A stretch of 55,254 nucleotides of DNA, taken from assembly GCA_049969555.1 (NCBI GenBank), contig JBMFOQ010000001.1:1-55254 (forward strand), written 5' to 3'. Of this stretch, positions 28,936 through 37,973 are shown in pieces; position 1 is the stretch's first letter, and each line of letters begins with the position of its first letter. Below the pieces are notes generated by a model that was not told the origin of the DNA, made no database searches, and saw only the letters and a list, made by a program, of their open reading frames with translations. Position numbers and translations under genes: made by a program. This stretch comes from Minisyncoccia bacterium. Its GTDB lineage: Bacteria > Patescibacteriota > Minisyncoccia > UBA6257.

Positions 28936-29700
28936 TTATACTATTAAAATAATCAATATTCCAAAAATCAAACAATACAAAGAAAAATAAAATAAACTTT
29001 TATTTCCTAATTTAAGCATCTTTTTTAGCCACCTTAAAGCAATTAATCCAAAAACAAAAGAAAAAACAAAACCAAAAAGATAAGGCAAAATCAAATTATT
29101 ATTTATTAAAGTAAAGTTTTTTAGCTCTACTAAACTTGCTCCTAAAATCAAAGGCACTGTCATTAAAAAAGAAAAATTGAAAGCAATCTTTGAATCTAAA
29201 TTAGAAAAAATACCTGAGCTAATAGTAATTCCTGAACGCGAAATACCGGGCAAAGCAGAAAATGCCTGAGAAATACCAACAACTATCGCTTCTTTATACC
29301 CTATTTCTTTTTTCTTGTTATTCTTTTTCCTGCTTGCCAAAAATAAAATCAAAGCAGTAATTAAAAGCATTAAGCCAGCCAATTTTGGCACTTGAAAAAT
29401 TTTTTCAATTAAATTTCTAAAAGGAAAAATAATGATTGCCGTTATGAAAACAGCTAAAATTATTTTTAAAATTAATGGCCGGGAATGAAATAAAATATCT
29501 TTAAAATCTTTAAAGAAAAAAATTATTAAAGCCAAAATTGTTCCTAAATGCAAAACTAAATCAAACTGAAAAGCGTTTGTTTTAATGGAGGGAAAAAATT
29601 CCTGAAAAAAAACTAAATGAGCAGAACTGGAAATAGGCAAAAATTCAGTTAAACCCTGAATAATTCCCAAAAAAATTGCTTGGAAAATTAAATTTATCAT
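28936..29700 (-). CDS. uppP: Undecaprenyl-diphosphate phosphatase
   Basis: GLTEFLPISSSAHL and PGISRSGITI motifs in 254 aa, multi-pass. Confidence 0.9.
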   Translation of the reverse strand: MINLIFQAIFLGIIQGLTEFLPISSSAHLVFFQEFFPSIKTNAFQFDLVLHLGTILALIIFFFKDFKDILFHSRPLILKIILAVFITAIIIFPFRNLIEKIFQVPKLAGLMLLITALILFLASRKKNNKKKEIGYKEAIVVGISQAFSALPGISRSGITISSGIFSNLDSKIAFNFSFLMTVPLILGASLVELKNFTLINNNLILPYLFGFVFSFVFGLIALRWLKKMLKLGNKSLFYFSLYCLIFGILIILIV

Positions 29701-29979
29701 TTATTTTTTTTCTTTGTCTTCTTCTTCGCTTTCTTCTTCACTTTCTTTTTTGCTTACCTTTTTCTTTTGAGATTCTTCTTTAGAAAAAACAAAAAGATAC
29801 AAAATCTCTAAAAGTCCAAGAGTGTTTAAAACTAAAAGAACAACAAACCAAATTTTTTCTTTTCTTTGGCTTGCTTTCCATAAGGCCAACCCTTTCCAAG
29901 CAAGAGACCAAGCCAAAAGAGTGTATAAAACTAAAAGGTTATGACCTAACAAGTTATAAACTTCAGGATAAGAATTCAT
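29701..29979 (-). CDS. Small 2-TM membrane protein with charged E/K tail (DUF5652-like from memory)
   Basis: 92 aa with WSLAWKGLALWKASQRKEKIWFVVLLVLNTLGLLEILYLFVF, then SKKESEEESEEEDKEKK. Its stop abuts the uppP start. Confidence 0.5.
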   Translation of the reverse strand: MNSYPEVYNLLGHNLLVLYTLLAWSLAWKGLALWKASQRKEKIWFVVLLVLNTLGLLEILYLFVFSKEESQKKKVSKKESEEESEEEDKEKK

Positions 29980-30009
29980 AAATTTTAACTCTAAATTTAA
30001 TTTTCCGAC

Positions 30010-30825
30010 CTATTTTATTTTAGCATTTTTATTCCTATTTAAAATAATCCTTAAAACCTTTTTATAATCCTGCCCTTTTCTTAAAATTTTAATTTGAGAA
30101 GAAGTAAAATCAATTAAAGTTGAGGGTTTTCCTTTTAGTTTTCCTTTATTGTAATAAAAAACTTTGTCTTTAAAATATTTTCTTGCCTCGTTGATTGTTT
30201 CTGCTGGCTTTTCTCCTTCAAAGTTAGCGCTTGGGGCAACTACAGGTCCGGAAATTTCTAAAATTTTTAATAATTCTCTGTTTTTTGGAATTCTAAAAGC
30301 CAAAGAATTAGTTCCTTTATGAAGATAAAAAAATTGTTTTAATTTACAAGGTAAAATAACGCTGATTTTTGCCGGCCATATCTTTTTAAGAATCTTTTGT
30401 GTTTTTCTTTTTAATTTAATTTTAAAAAACTTTAAATCTTTTAAAGAAGAAATTAGAATAATCATTGGCTTTTTGGAATTTCTTTTTCTTAGTTTATAAA
30501 TTTTTTCTACTGTTTTTTTGTTTAAAGCTGAGCCACAAATCCCATAGATTGTATCAGTTGGGATCACTCCAATTGCTCCCTCTTTAAGTAATAGCCCCGC
30601 TTTTAAATAACTTTTTTTCAAAGAACCTTTATAACCCCCAATATCATAATTACTTTTTATTACACGGTGGCAAGGAATATCTTTATTTTTATTTTTTGCC
30701 ATTAAATTTCCCACTGCCCTTGAGGCTTTTTTATTTAAAGATAGTTCTGCCACTTTTTGATAAGTTAAAAAACTGCCCTGAGGAATTTTTCTTAGTATTT
30801 TTAATACCCTATCTTTAAAACTCAT
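30010..30825 (-). CDS. Fusion protein: MGMT/Ogt alkyltransferase DNA-binding/active-site domain + TsaC/YrdC threonylcarbamoyl-AMP synthase domain
   Basis: Residues 1-85 read IPQGSFLTYQKVAE...RAVGNLMAKN...IPCHRVIKSNYDIGGY...LLLKEG, with the PCHR active-site Cys retained. Residues 86-271 read VIPTDTIYGICGSA, KLRKRNSKKPMIILI and APSANFEGEKP, which are YrdC/Sua5 motifs. Confidence 0.75.
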   Translation of the reverse strand: MSFKDRVLKILRKIPQGSFLTYQKVAELSLNKKASRAVGNLMAKNKNKDIPCHRVIKSNYDIGGYKGSLKKSYLKAGLLLKEGAIGVIPTDTIYGICGSALNKKTVEKIYKLRKRNSKKPMIILISSLKDLKFFKIKLKRKTQKILKKIWPAKISVILPCKLKQFFYLHKGTNSLAFRIPKNRELLKILEISGPVVAPSANFEGEKPAETINEARKYFKDKVFYYNKGKLKGKPSTLIDFTSSQIKILRKGQDYKKVLRIILNRNKNAKIK

Positions 30826-30909
30826 TTTTTAATTAAAACTTTTATTTACTATCTCAATAAAATTTAATGGTTAAACTTGTTTTTTCACAAAGAGAATTAT
30901 CAAAAATTT

Positions 30910-32436
30910 TCAAGCATCAATTCGATATAATTCTTCTTGTTTTAATTCGTCTAAAGTTAAATTAAGCCGCTCTAAACTTGTGGTATATAAGGTACACAAA
31001 GTTTCTCCCTTTAAGACTTTTTCTTTTACAGTTTTATTCAAATAAACGCCTGCTTCTTTGGTAGTTGGCGAACCTAAAAGCCGACTAATCCTAATCAATT
31101 TTTTAAGATCTATTTTAGAAACCGTTCCCTCCTTTTCGGATTTAATCTCATAATTTATTTGCCCTAAAGAAATTTTCTCTGATGAAACTTCTTTTATTCC
31201 TCCTTGGGCTTCAATAATTTTTCTAAATTGATTAAGCGCCTGACCGTTTGTTAACTGGGCATAAGCAATTTTTTCTCCTTTTCCCTTTTTTACTTTTTTA
31301 GTTAATTCTAAAAGAGTGCCAGCTAATTTTATGGCTCTTTTTTCCAAATCTAAAGGCCTATCTGATTTTTGCTCTAAAACTTTTAAAACGTCTTTTATTT
31401 CTAAAGCAGGCCCGATTCCTCTTCCTACCGGACCATTTATTTTTTCAATTAAGACTTTAGTTTTAATATTAAATCTTTTGGCTAAATAAAGAAAAGTATC
31501 TTTTACTTTTTGGGCATCGGCGAAATGAGAAATTTTTGCTCCCTCACCAATAGGCATATCAATTACCAAATGAGTTGCTCCCATTGCCACTTTTTTTGCC
31601 ATAATCGAAACAATCATTTTTGAAAAAGGCTCAATCCCTAATTCATAACTCACTCTTAAAATTCGATCATCAGCTGGTGCTAATTTTAAAGAACCACCCC
31701 AAACCAAACAAGCATTAACCTCTTCTGCTATTTTTTTAATTTTCAATAAAGAAAACTCAACTGGCGCAATTGCCTCAATTACATCAGCTGTGCCTGCTTC
31801 TGAAGTAACTGCGCGGGAAGAAGTCTTAGGCATAAAAATTCCTAAACTTGAAACAATAGAAACGATAATTGGAGTTGTCCGGTTTCCACAAACACCGCCA
31901 ATCGAATGTTTGTCAGCCACGATCTCTTTATTCCAATAAACCATTTCCCCGGTTTCTGCCATTGCCTTTGTTAAATAATAAATTTCCTTCTTCGAAAAAC
32001 CATTTTTTTTAAAAGCTGAGGTTAAAAAGAAAGCAATCTGAATATCGTCCAAACGATAATTAACAATATCTGCCATTATTCCCTTGATTTCTTCATAATT
32101 TAATTCTTTATTTAAAAGTTTCTTTTTTATACTTTCTAAAGAAGGCGGCGGCGCAGCTAAAGATAATTCCAACACTTCCCCTTTTTTGATCTGATATTTT
32201 TCAATGATATCTTTAAAAAGACCAATCTCTCCTTTCTTAACCAATTCTTTTGTTAAATCAACTCCTACTTCAGTTTGTTTATGATTCCATTTTAAAATTA
32301 ATTCATCGCCTGCCCTAATACCATAAGTTTTAGCATCCTCTTCAGAAACAACCACTACCCAAGGATGACCAGTTTTGATATCTAAATATCTGGCTTTAAG
32401 GAAAAAACTATTCTCTTGTTGATTATTTTCCTTCAT
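30910..32436 (-). CDS. AMP phosphorylase (archaeal-type thymidine phosphorylase family, with N-terminal extension domain)
   Basis: 508 aa. The N-terminal FLKARYLDIKTGHPWVVVVSEEDAKTYGIRAGDEL domain is typical of AMPpase/DeoA type II. HSIGGVCGNRTT and the TSRAVTSEAGTADV glycosyl-transferase family 3 core are present. Confidence 0.75.
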   Translation of the reverse strand: MKENNQQENSFFLKARYLDIKTGHPWVVVVSEEDAKTYGIRAGDELILKWNHKQTEVGVDLTKELVKKGEIGLFKDIIEKYQIKKGEVLELSLAAPPPSLESIKKKLLNKELNYEEIKGIMADIVNYRLDDIQIAFFLTSAFKKNGFSKKEIYYLTKAMAETGEMVYWNKEIVADKHSIGGVCGNRTTPIIVSIVSSLGIFMPKTSSRAVTSEAGTADVIEAIAPVEFSLLKIKKIAEEVNACLVWGGSLKLAPADDRILRVSYELGIEPFSKMIVSIMAKKVAMGATHLVIDMPIGEGAKISHFADAQKVKDTFLYLAKRFNIKTKVLIEKINGPVGRGIGPALEIKDVLKVLEQKSDRPLDLEKRAIKLAGTLLELTKKVKKGKGEKIAYAQLTNGQALNQFRKIIEAQGGIKEVSSEKISLGQINYEIKSEKEGTVSKIDLKKLIRISRLLGSPTTKEAGVYLNKTVKEKVLKGETLCTLYTTSLERLNLTLDELKQEELYRIDA

Positions 32437-32437
32437 A

Positions 32438-33319
32438 TTACTCTTTTATTATTTTTTCTTTAAGAAAATTGGCTAAAGATTTGGTAATATCTAACTGATA
32501 AAAATTATTATCCAAAGTATTGGTAGTGATAATTTTTTTAGGTTTTAATTCCTTTAATAATTCTATTCCTTGCTTATTTAATAAATGAACAAAAGCAAAA
32601 CTAATAGTTTGGACCCCTTTTTCTTTAATTTTTTTTGCGATCTCAAACAAAGTTTTTCCCGTGCTTAAAATATCGTCAATAATAATAACTTCTTTGTTAG
32701 AAAAATCAAATTCTGTTTCTAAAAAGTTAATTTTTCCGGTCTTGGCATCTCTTTGTTTAAGAAAAACATATTTTTCTGCAGGAAAATTTTCTGAAAAATC
32801 GTCCAAAAATGCTTTTGCTTCTCTGTCTGGCCCAACTATTACTGATTGATTGACATTTAAATCTTTAAAAAACATTGCCAAATCAGCAAATAGAGATAAA
32901 TTATAGGCCGGAATTTCAAATAATTCTGAAATTTTCTTACGATGCTCATGGAGATTACACGTCAAAAAAACATCTAAATTTTTCTCGACTAATTCTGCTA
33001 AATACAAACTAGAAAGCGGTTCTCCTTCAAAAAAAACAACATCCTGTCTGGCATAAGGATAGTAAGGCAATATCCCAATTACTTTTCGAGAAATCTCTTT
33101 TAATTTTCTTGAAAGAAAAAAAAATTTAATCAAATAAGAATTTATATTTTCTTCTTTTTTGTTAAAAACTAAAATTGCCTGATTTATTTTTTCTTCTTTT
33201 TCTATTTTTGGTAAAACCTCGCCATCAGGAAAAATTCTCTCCTCTATTTTAAGATATTCCCAGTCTAATAATTTGGCCAAATTATAAGCAATACTATCAC
33301 CAATAATAAAATTTTTCAT
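32438..33319 (-). CDS. prs: Ribose-phosphate pyrophosphokinase
   Basis: YYPYARQD and the PRPP loop VIIIDDILSTGKT in 293 aa. It lies 1 nt upstream of the AMP phosphorylase gene. Confidence 0.85.
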   Translation of the reverse strand: MKNFIIGDSIAYNLAKLLDWEYLKIEERIFPDGEVLPKIEKEEKINQAILVFNKKEENINSYLIKFFFLSRKLKEISRKVIGILPYYPYARQDVVFFEGEPLSSLYLAELVEKNLDVFLTCNLHEHRKKISELFEIPAYNLSLFADLAMFFKDLNVNQSVIVGPDREAKAFLDDFSENFPAEKYVFLKQRDAKTGKINFLETEFDFSNKEVIIIDDILSTGKTLFEIAKKIKEKGVQTISFAFVHLLNKQGIELLKELKPKKIITTNTLDNNFYQLDITKSLANFLKEKIIKE

Positions 33320-33345
33320 ATTTTCTAAAAAATTCTTTTCTTTTA

Positions 33346-34446
33346 TTATATCAAAAATCCTTCTTTTCTTAAAATTTTTATAATTTTTAAAGAGGTTTTT
33401 CCGTCACCAAAAGGATTTTTCCAATTTTTCTTATGTTGAATCATTGTTTTTACTCCTTTTAAAATTTTTTCTGGGTCAGTACCAACCAAAACATTGCTTT
33501 TTACTTTAATTGTCTCTGGTCTTTCGGTATTTTCTCTTAAAGTCACGCAAGGAATTTTTAAAATGCAACCTTCTTCCTGCACTCCGCCAGAATCAGTTAA
33601 AACTAATTTAGCATTTTTCATCAAAGTTAAAAATTCAAAATAACCAACTGGTTTTGTTAATTTTATTCCTTCGGGAATTTTTAATTTAAATTTTTTTATC
33701 ATTTTCTCGCTCCGCGGATGAATAGGAAAAATGATAGGCAAATTATAGGTTTTATAAATTAAAGAAAGACCTTCTAATATCCCGCTTAATTTTTCTTTAA
33801 CATCTACATTTTCCGGCCGATGAGCAGTAATTAAAAAATAATTATTCTTTTTAATTTTTAAATTTTTTAATAATTTAAGATATTTAGATGTAACTTTTAT
33901 ATTTTGAAATAAAGCATCAACTATTAAATTTCCCACCACAAAAATTTTTTCTTTTTTAACTCCTTCTTTTAAAAGATTGGTTTTTGCTATCTCTGTTGGC
34001 GCAAAAAGATAATCGCTTAAATGATCAGCCATAACCCGATTAATTTCCTCCGGCATAAATCTATCATAAGAACGCAATCCCGCCTCAATATGGGCTAAAG
34101 GAAGATGAAGTTTTGCCGCTCCTAAAGCGCCGGAAAGCATTGCATTAGTATCGCCATAAACTAAAACCAAATCTGGTTTTTCTTTAAGAAAAATTTTTTC
34201 AATTTTTATTAAAGCCAAACCTGTTTGGTAAGCCTGAGAACCAGAACCAACCTTAAGATTATAATCTGGTTTTGGAATTTTTAGTTCTTCAAAAAATACT
34301 TTGTTTAATTCTTTAGAATAATGTTGGCCAGTGTGAATAATAAAAAAATTAGCCCTTTTTAATTTTAGAGCTTTTATTAAAGGAGACATCTTAATAAAGG
34401 TTGGCCGAGCGCCAAAAACAATGGCAATCCTTGATTTATTTCTCAT
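33346..34446 (-). CDS. wecB: UDP-N-acetylglucosamine 2-epimerase (non-hydrolysing)
   Basis: FGARPTFIKMSPL, HTGQHY, VYGDTNA, HIEAGLRS, PEEINR and LTDSGGVQEE motifs are present. Confidence 0.9.
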   Translation of the reverse strand: MRNKSRIAIVFGARPTFIKMSPLIKALKLKRANFFIIHTGQHYSKELNKVFFEELKIPKPDYNLKVGSGSQAYQTGLALIKIEKIFLKEKPDLVLVYGDTNAMLSGALGAAKLHLPLAHIEAGLRSYDRFMPEEINRVMADHLSDYLFAPTEIAKTNLLKEGVKKEKIFVVGNLIVDALFQNIKVTSKYLKLLKNLKIKKNNYFLITAHRPENVDVKEKLSGILEGLSLIYKTYNLPIIFPIHPRSEKMIKKFKLKIPEGIKLTKPVGYFEFLTLMKNAKLVLTDSGGVQEEGCILKIPCVTLRENTERPETIKVKSNVLVGTDPEKILKGVKTMIQHKKNWKNPFGDGKTSLKIIKILRKEGFLI

Positions 34447-35707
34447 AAAGAGGAAATTTCTTTAGTAGTTTTATTACTTCTTTTTTAATTACCTCTGGTT
34501 TTTCTTTTTTAAATAATAAGTGAGATATCCATTGGGCAATAATTTTCATCTCTTTTTCTTTCATTTTCCTTGAAGTAACTGCCGGGGTACCAATCCTTAT
34601 TCCCGATGGTTTAAAAGGCTTTAAGTCGCCGGAAATGACATTTCGATTGACTAAAATATTTGCTTTTTCTAAAATTTTTTCCGCCTCAATTCCTGAAAAA
34701 CCAGTATTTTTTACATCAACCACCATTAAATGATTGTCTGTTCCATTAGAAACTAAATTAAAACCATATTTTTTAAGTTCATTGGCTAAAGTTTTGGCAT
34801 TTTTGACAATCTGTTTTTGGTAATTTTTAAATTTTTCTGTCTTCGCTAATTTAAACATCAAAGCAATTGAGGCGGTAACATTATTATGCGGCCCTCCTTG
34901 CATTCCGGGAAAAACTGATTTATTTATTAAACTTTCTAAATCAATTTTTTGTTTTGTAGCAATTTTTGATTTTTTATTAATGAAAATCACTGCGCCTCGT
35001 GGACCGCGCAAGGTTTTATGGGTAGTGGTAGTTACGATATCACAATATTTAAAAGGATTAGGATGGCAACCAGCCAAAACCAAACCAGCAATATGAGAAA
35101 TATCAGCCATTAAAAAAGCATTAACTTTATCGGCAATTTCTTTGAACTTTTTAAAGTTTATAATTCGGGGATAAGAAGTTGTGCCACAAACAATTAATTT
35201 TGGTTTGAATTTTTTAGCTAACTTTTCTACTTGGTTATAATCTATCAGTTGAGTTTTCTCATTGATTCCATATTGAATGGCTTTATAAATTTTTCCGGAT
35301 AAATTAACTGAATGACCATGAGTTAAATGCCCGCCACTCGTTAAATTCATTCCCATTAAAATATCAAATGGATTAAGTAAAGCATTATAAACAGCTAAAT
35401 TTGCTGGCGAACCAGAATATGGCTGAACATTAACTGCCCAATTTTTTTCATTTAAATTAAAAGCTTTTAATGCTCTTTTTTGGGCAAGAATTTCTATTTC
35501 ATCATAATAAAAATTACCCGGATAATATCTTTTAAAAGGATATCCTTCTGAGTATTTATTAGTTAAAGCAGAGCCCAAAACTTCTAAAATAACTGAAGGA
35601 ACAATGTTTTCAGAAGCAATTAAGTCAATTGTTTCTTTTTGTCTTTGAAGTTCTGCTGAAACTAAATAAAAAAGTTCTTTATCAATTTTTTTTAATAAAT
35701 TAAACAT
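34436..35707 (-). CDS. glyA: Serine hydroxymethyltransferase
   Basis: LIASEN, SEGYP, VQPYSGSPAN and TTTTHKTLRGPRG (PLP lysine) motifs are present. Confidence 0.96.
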   Translation of the reverse strand: MFNLLKKIDKELFYLVSAELQRQKETIDLIASENIVPSVILEVLGSALTNKYSEGYPFKRYYPGNFYYDEIEILAQKRALKAFNLNEKNWAVNVQPYSGSPANLAVYNALLNPFDILMGMNLTSGGHLTHGHSVNLSGKIYKAIQYGINEKTQLIDYNQVEKLAKKFKPKLIVCGTTSYPRIINFKKFKEIADKVNAFLMADISHIAGLVLAGCHPNPFKYCDIVTTTTHKTLRGPRGAVIFINKKSKIATKQKIDLESLINKSVFPGMQGGPHNNVTASIALMFKLAKTEKFKNYQKQIVKNAKTLANELKKYGFNLVSNGTDNHLMVVDVKNTGFSGIEAEKILEKANILVNRNVISGDLKPFKPSGIRIGTPAVTSRKMKEKEMKIIAQWISHLLFKKEKPEVIKKEVIKLLKKFPLYEK

Positions 35708-35839
35708 TTACTTTGATTTTGAAGCCTCTATTCTTTTTGATTTTTTTATCTGAAATTTATGGACGTGGCAGTTTAGCCTTGCCGATCTTAAAACTTTAAG
35801 TTTCCTCACTCTATCTCTTTGGTTTAAAATTCTTGCCAT
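35708..35839 (-). CDS. Candidate small basic protein (43 aa), unassigned
   Basis: Hand-found ORF below the track cutoff: MARILNQRDRVRKLKVLRSARLNCHVHKFQIKKSKRIEASKSK. Its TAA stop directly abuts the glyA ATG. I recognise no family. Confidence 0.3.
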   Translation of the reverse strand: MARILNQRDRVRKLKVLRSARLNCHVHKFQIKKSKRIEASKSK

Positions 35840-35870
35840 TGTTTTATTTATCTTAATTTAAGCACAATTT

Positions 35871-36533
35871 TTATAATAATTTAAAATTATTAATTTTTAG
35901 GCCAAATTTATAGCCCAAATAATCTGCTGCCTTTCGGCAGTAAACCATTCTTTGAGTAAAAATTTCAAAATACTCCATAATAGGGGTAATACTTGAATCA
36001 ATTTCTAAAGTTAAAGAAATTATCTTTTTATTCTTGAACACCTTTACTTTGCTGTTTTTAGTGGCGAAATTTACCCGATGATGAATATCACCTTTTATTT
36101 CTTCCAGACTTTTTGCATAAACTCGTGAACGTCTCACATCTGATTTATCTGCAATCACCAAAACCGCTGGAATAGAACTTGAAAATTCCAGTTCATCTTT
36201 ATCATGAACAGCAATTGCCTGCATTATGGGAATTAACTCTTCAATCAGATATTTATCTTTAAAAACTTCATAAAAAAGTATTGAACCAAGATAATGATGG
36301 TGAGAACGAGATAAAAAATTTCCCATATCGTGACAAAATCCGCTAATAGCGCACATTTCTTGTTCCTCTTTTGTTAAACCAATTTCTTTAGCTATGTTTC
36401 TTGCTCTATCAGAAACAAGAGTTACATGTTTCAATCCATGTTCAGTATAGCCCATTCTTTTTAAAGTTTCCTCGCTTTTTCGAATAAATTCTAAAATATG
36501 TTTATTATTGTTAACTTCTTTTAAAGTAATCAT
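35871..36533 (-). CDS. HD-domain metal-dependent phosphohydrolase
   Basis: HGLKHV...GFCHDMGN (H...HD) and a downstream HDKD in 220 aa. Confidence 0.7.
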   Translation of the reverse strand: MITLKEVNNNKHILEFIRKSEETLKRMGYTEHGLKHVTLVSDRARNIAKEIGLTKEEQEMCAISGFCHDMGNFLSRSHHHYLGSILFYEVFKDKYLIEELIPIMQAIAVHDKDELEFSSSIPAVLVIADKSDVRRSRVYAKSLEEIKGDIHHRVNFATKNSKVKVFKNKKIISLTLEIDSSITPIMEYFEIFTQRMVYCRKAADYLGYKFGLKINNFKLL

Positions 36534-36548
36534 CTTTAAAAATTAAGT

Positions 36549-37103
36549 TTAAAGACCTAAATCAGAAGCAATCTCTTTCATTGAATTTAAAGATATCTCA
36601 ATAAATTTTTCCAAGGGAATATTTAATAAATCCTCGCATTTTTTAATATGTTCTCTATTAGCGCCCCGGGCGAAAGATTTTTCTTTAAAACGATTTAAAA
36701 TATTCTCCGTTGTTAAATCTGTCAATTTTTTCGAAGGCAAAACTAAAGCCGCTGCCACTATTAAACCAGAAAGAGGATCACTAACAAAAAGAGCTTTGGC
36801 CATTAAAGATTCTAAAGGAAAACCGTGTCTTTCATTATGAGAAGCAACTGCTTTTACAAATTCTTCATCAAAACCTAAATTTTTTAGCATTTCTGCGCCG
36901 ACAATCGAATGTTTGTCCGGATCATCCTTTGTTTTTTTGTAATCAATATCATGAAGTAAACCTACTAAACCCCATCTTTCAATATCTTCTTTAAAAAATT
37001 TTGCCAAACCTTTCATTATTGCTTCTACTGCCAGCGAATGTTTAATTAAATTTTGATTAGTTAAATTTTCTTTTAAAATTTTAAGCGCTTCTAATTGTGT
37101 CAT
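36549..37103 (-). CDS. HD/HDIG-domain hydrolase (COG2316-like)
   Basis: IKHSLAVEAIMKGLA...GLLHDIDY...SHNERHG in 184 aa. Confidence 0.7.
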   Translation of the reverse strand: MTQLEALKILKENLTNQNLIKHSLAVEAIMKGLAKFFKEDIERWGLVGLLHDIDYKKTKDDPDKHSIVGAEMLKNLGFDEEFVKAVASHNERHGFPLESLMAKALFVSDPLSGLIVAAALVLPSKKLTDLTTENILNRFKEKSFARGANREHIKKCEDLLNIPLEKFIEISLNSMKEIASDLGL

Positions 37104-37108
37104 AAAAT

Positions 37109-37429
37109 TTATTTAATTTGGCTTCCGTCTTTAATTTCTTTATCCGGAACAATTAAAGAAAACTCTTCTCCATTTGAAGCAGCTAAAAGCATTCCTTCAC
37201 TTTGAAGGCCCATTATTTTTTTTGGCTCAAGATTATCAACAATCACAATTAATTTTTCCCTTAAATCTTCTGGATTATAAAATTTACCAATTCCCGCAAC
37301 TATTTGTTTTTCTTTTCCACCAACTTTTATTTTTAATTTAATTAGTTTCTCAGAATTTTCCACCCTTTCTGCTTTTAATATCTTTGCTATTTTCAAATCA
37401 ATCTTTGAAAAATCTTCAAAAGTAATCAT
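37109..37429 (-). CDS. tRNA-binding domain protein (CsaA/Trbp111/MetRS-C-like)
   Basis: FSKIDLKIAKILKAERVENSEKLIKLKIKVGG...IVAGI...NLEPKKIMGLQSEGMLLAA, an OB-fold tRNA-binding signature. Confidence 0.8.
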   Translation of the reverse strand: MITFEDFSKIDLKIAKILKAERVENSEKLIKLKIKVGGKEKQIVAGIGKFYNPEDLREKLIVIVDNLEPKKIMGLQSEGMLLAASNGEEFSLIVPDKEIKDGSQIK

Positions 37430-37440
37430 ATTTTATATCT

Positions 37441-37481
37441 TTATAATAACAAAACTCCGCCTTGATTGCAAAGCGGAGTTT
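37441..37481 (-). terminator. Intrinsic terminator after hsp20
   Basis: The minus-strand RNA reads AAACUCCGC-loop-GCGGAGUUU (9 bp) followed by UGUUAUUAU. Confidence 0.55.
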
Positions 37482-37487
37482 AAAAAA

Positions 37488-37910
37488 TTACTTTGATTTA
37501 ATTTGAATCTTCTTCCCTTTTAATTGAACCGCTTCTTTTTTCGGCATCACAATTTTTAAAACACCTTTTTCATAAGTTGCTTCGACCTTATTTTCTTCTA
37601 TTTCCTGAGGTAACCTCACGGTTCTTTCAAAAGAACGATGACTAATTTCTTTGCGCCAGTAATCTTTTTTCTTTTCTTCTTTCTTTTCTTCTCCCTCTCC
37701 TTTAATTTTTAGATAACCATTATCAATCACTATCTCTGTTTTCTCCGGATCAATTCCAGGTGCATTGATTTCGGCAACTATTTCCTTATCAGTTTCATAC
37801 AAATCCATCTCAGGCATAAATTTTGCTTTAGAAACTACCGGAAGAAACCAATCTTCATCTTCAAAAAAGCGGTCCAAATCAAAAAGGGGTCTCCAAGGAA
37901 CTAGTGCCAT
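37488..37910 (-). CDS. Small heat-shock protein, Hsp20/alpha-crystallin family
   Basis: 140 aa with MDLYETDKEIVAEINAPGIDPEKTEI, SFERTVRLP and YEKGVLKIVMPK motifs. Confidence 0.9.
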   Translation of the reverse strand: MALVPWRPLFDLDRFFEDEDWFLPVVSKAKFMPEMDLYETDKEIVAEINAPGIDPEKTEIVIDNGYLKIKGEGEEKKEEKKKDYWRKEISHRSFERTVRLPQEIEENKVEATYEKGVLKIVMPKKEAVQLKGKKIQIKSK

Positions 37911-37973
37911 ATTTTTTATTCAGTTTATTTAGTTTTTAATTTTTCGACCATAAAATATTATAATAAAAATTTT

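Noticed and set aside
35708-35870. A riboswitch (ZTP/pfl, THF or glycine) in the glyA leader.
   Set aside because: No conserved cores are visible, such as CCGCCUGGGC of ZTP. Only one weak hairpin (GGCA...UGCC) is present, and the spacer is better explained by a 43-codon ORF.
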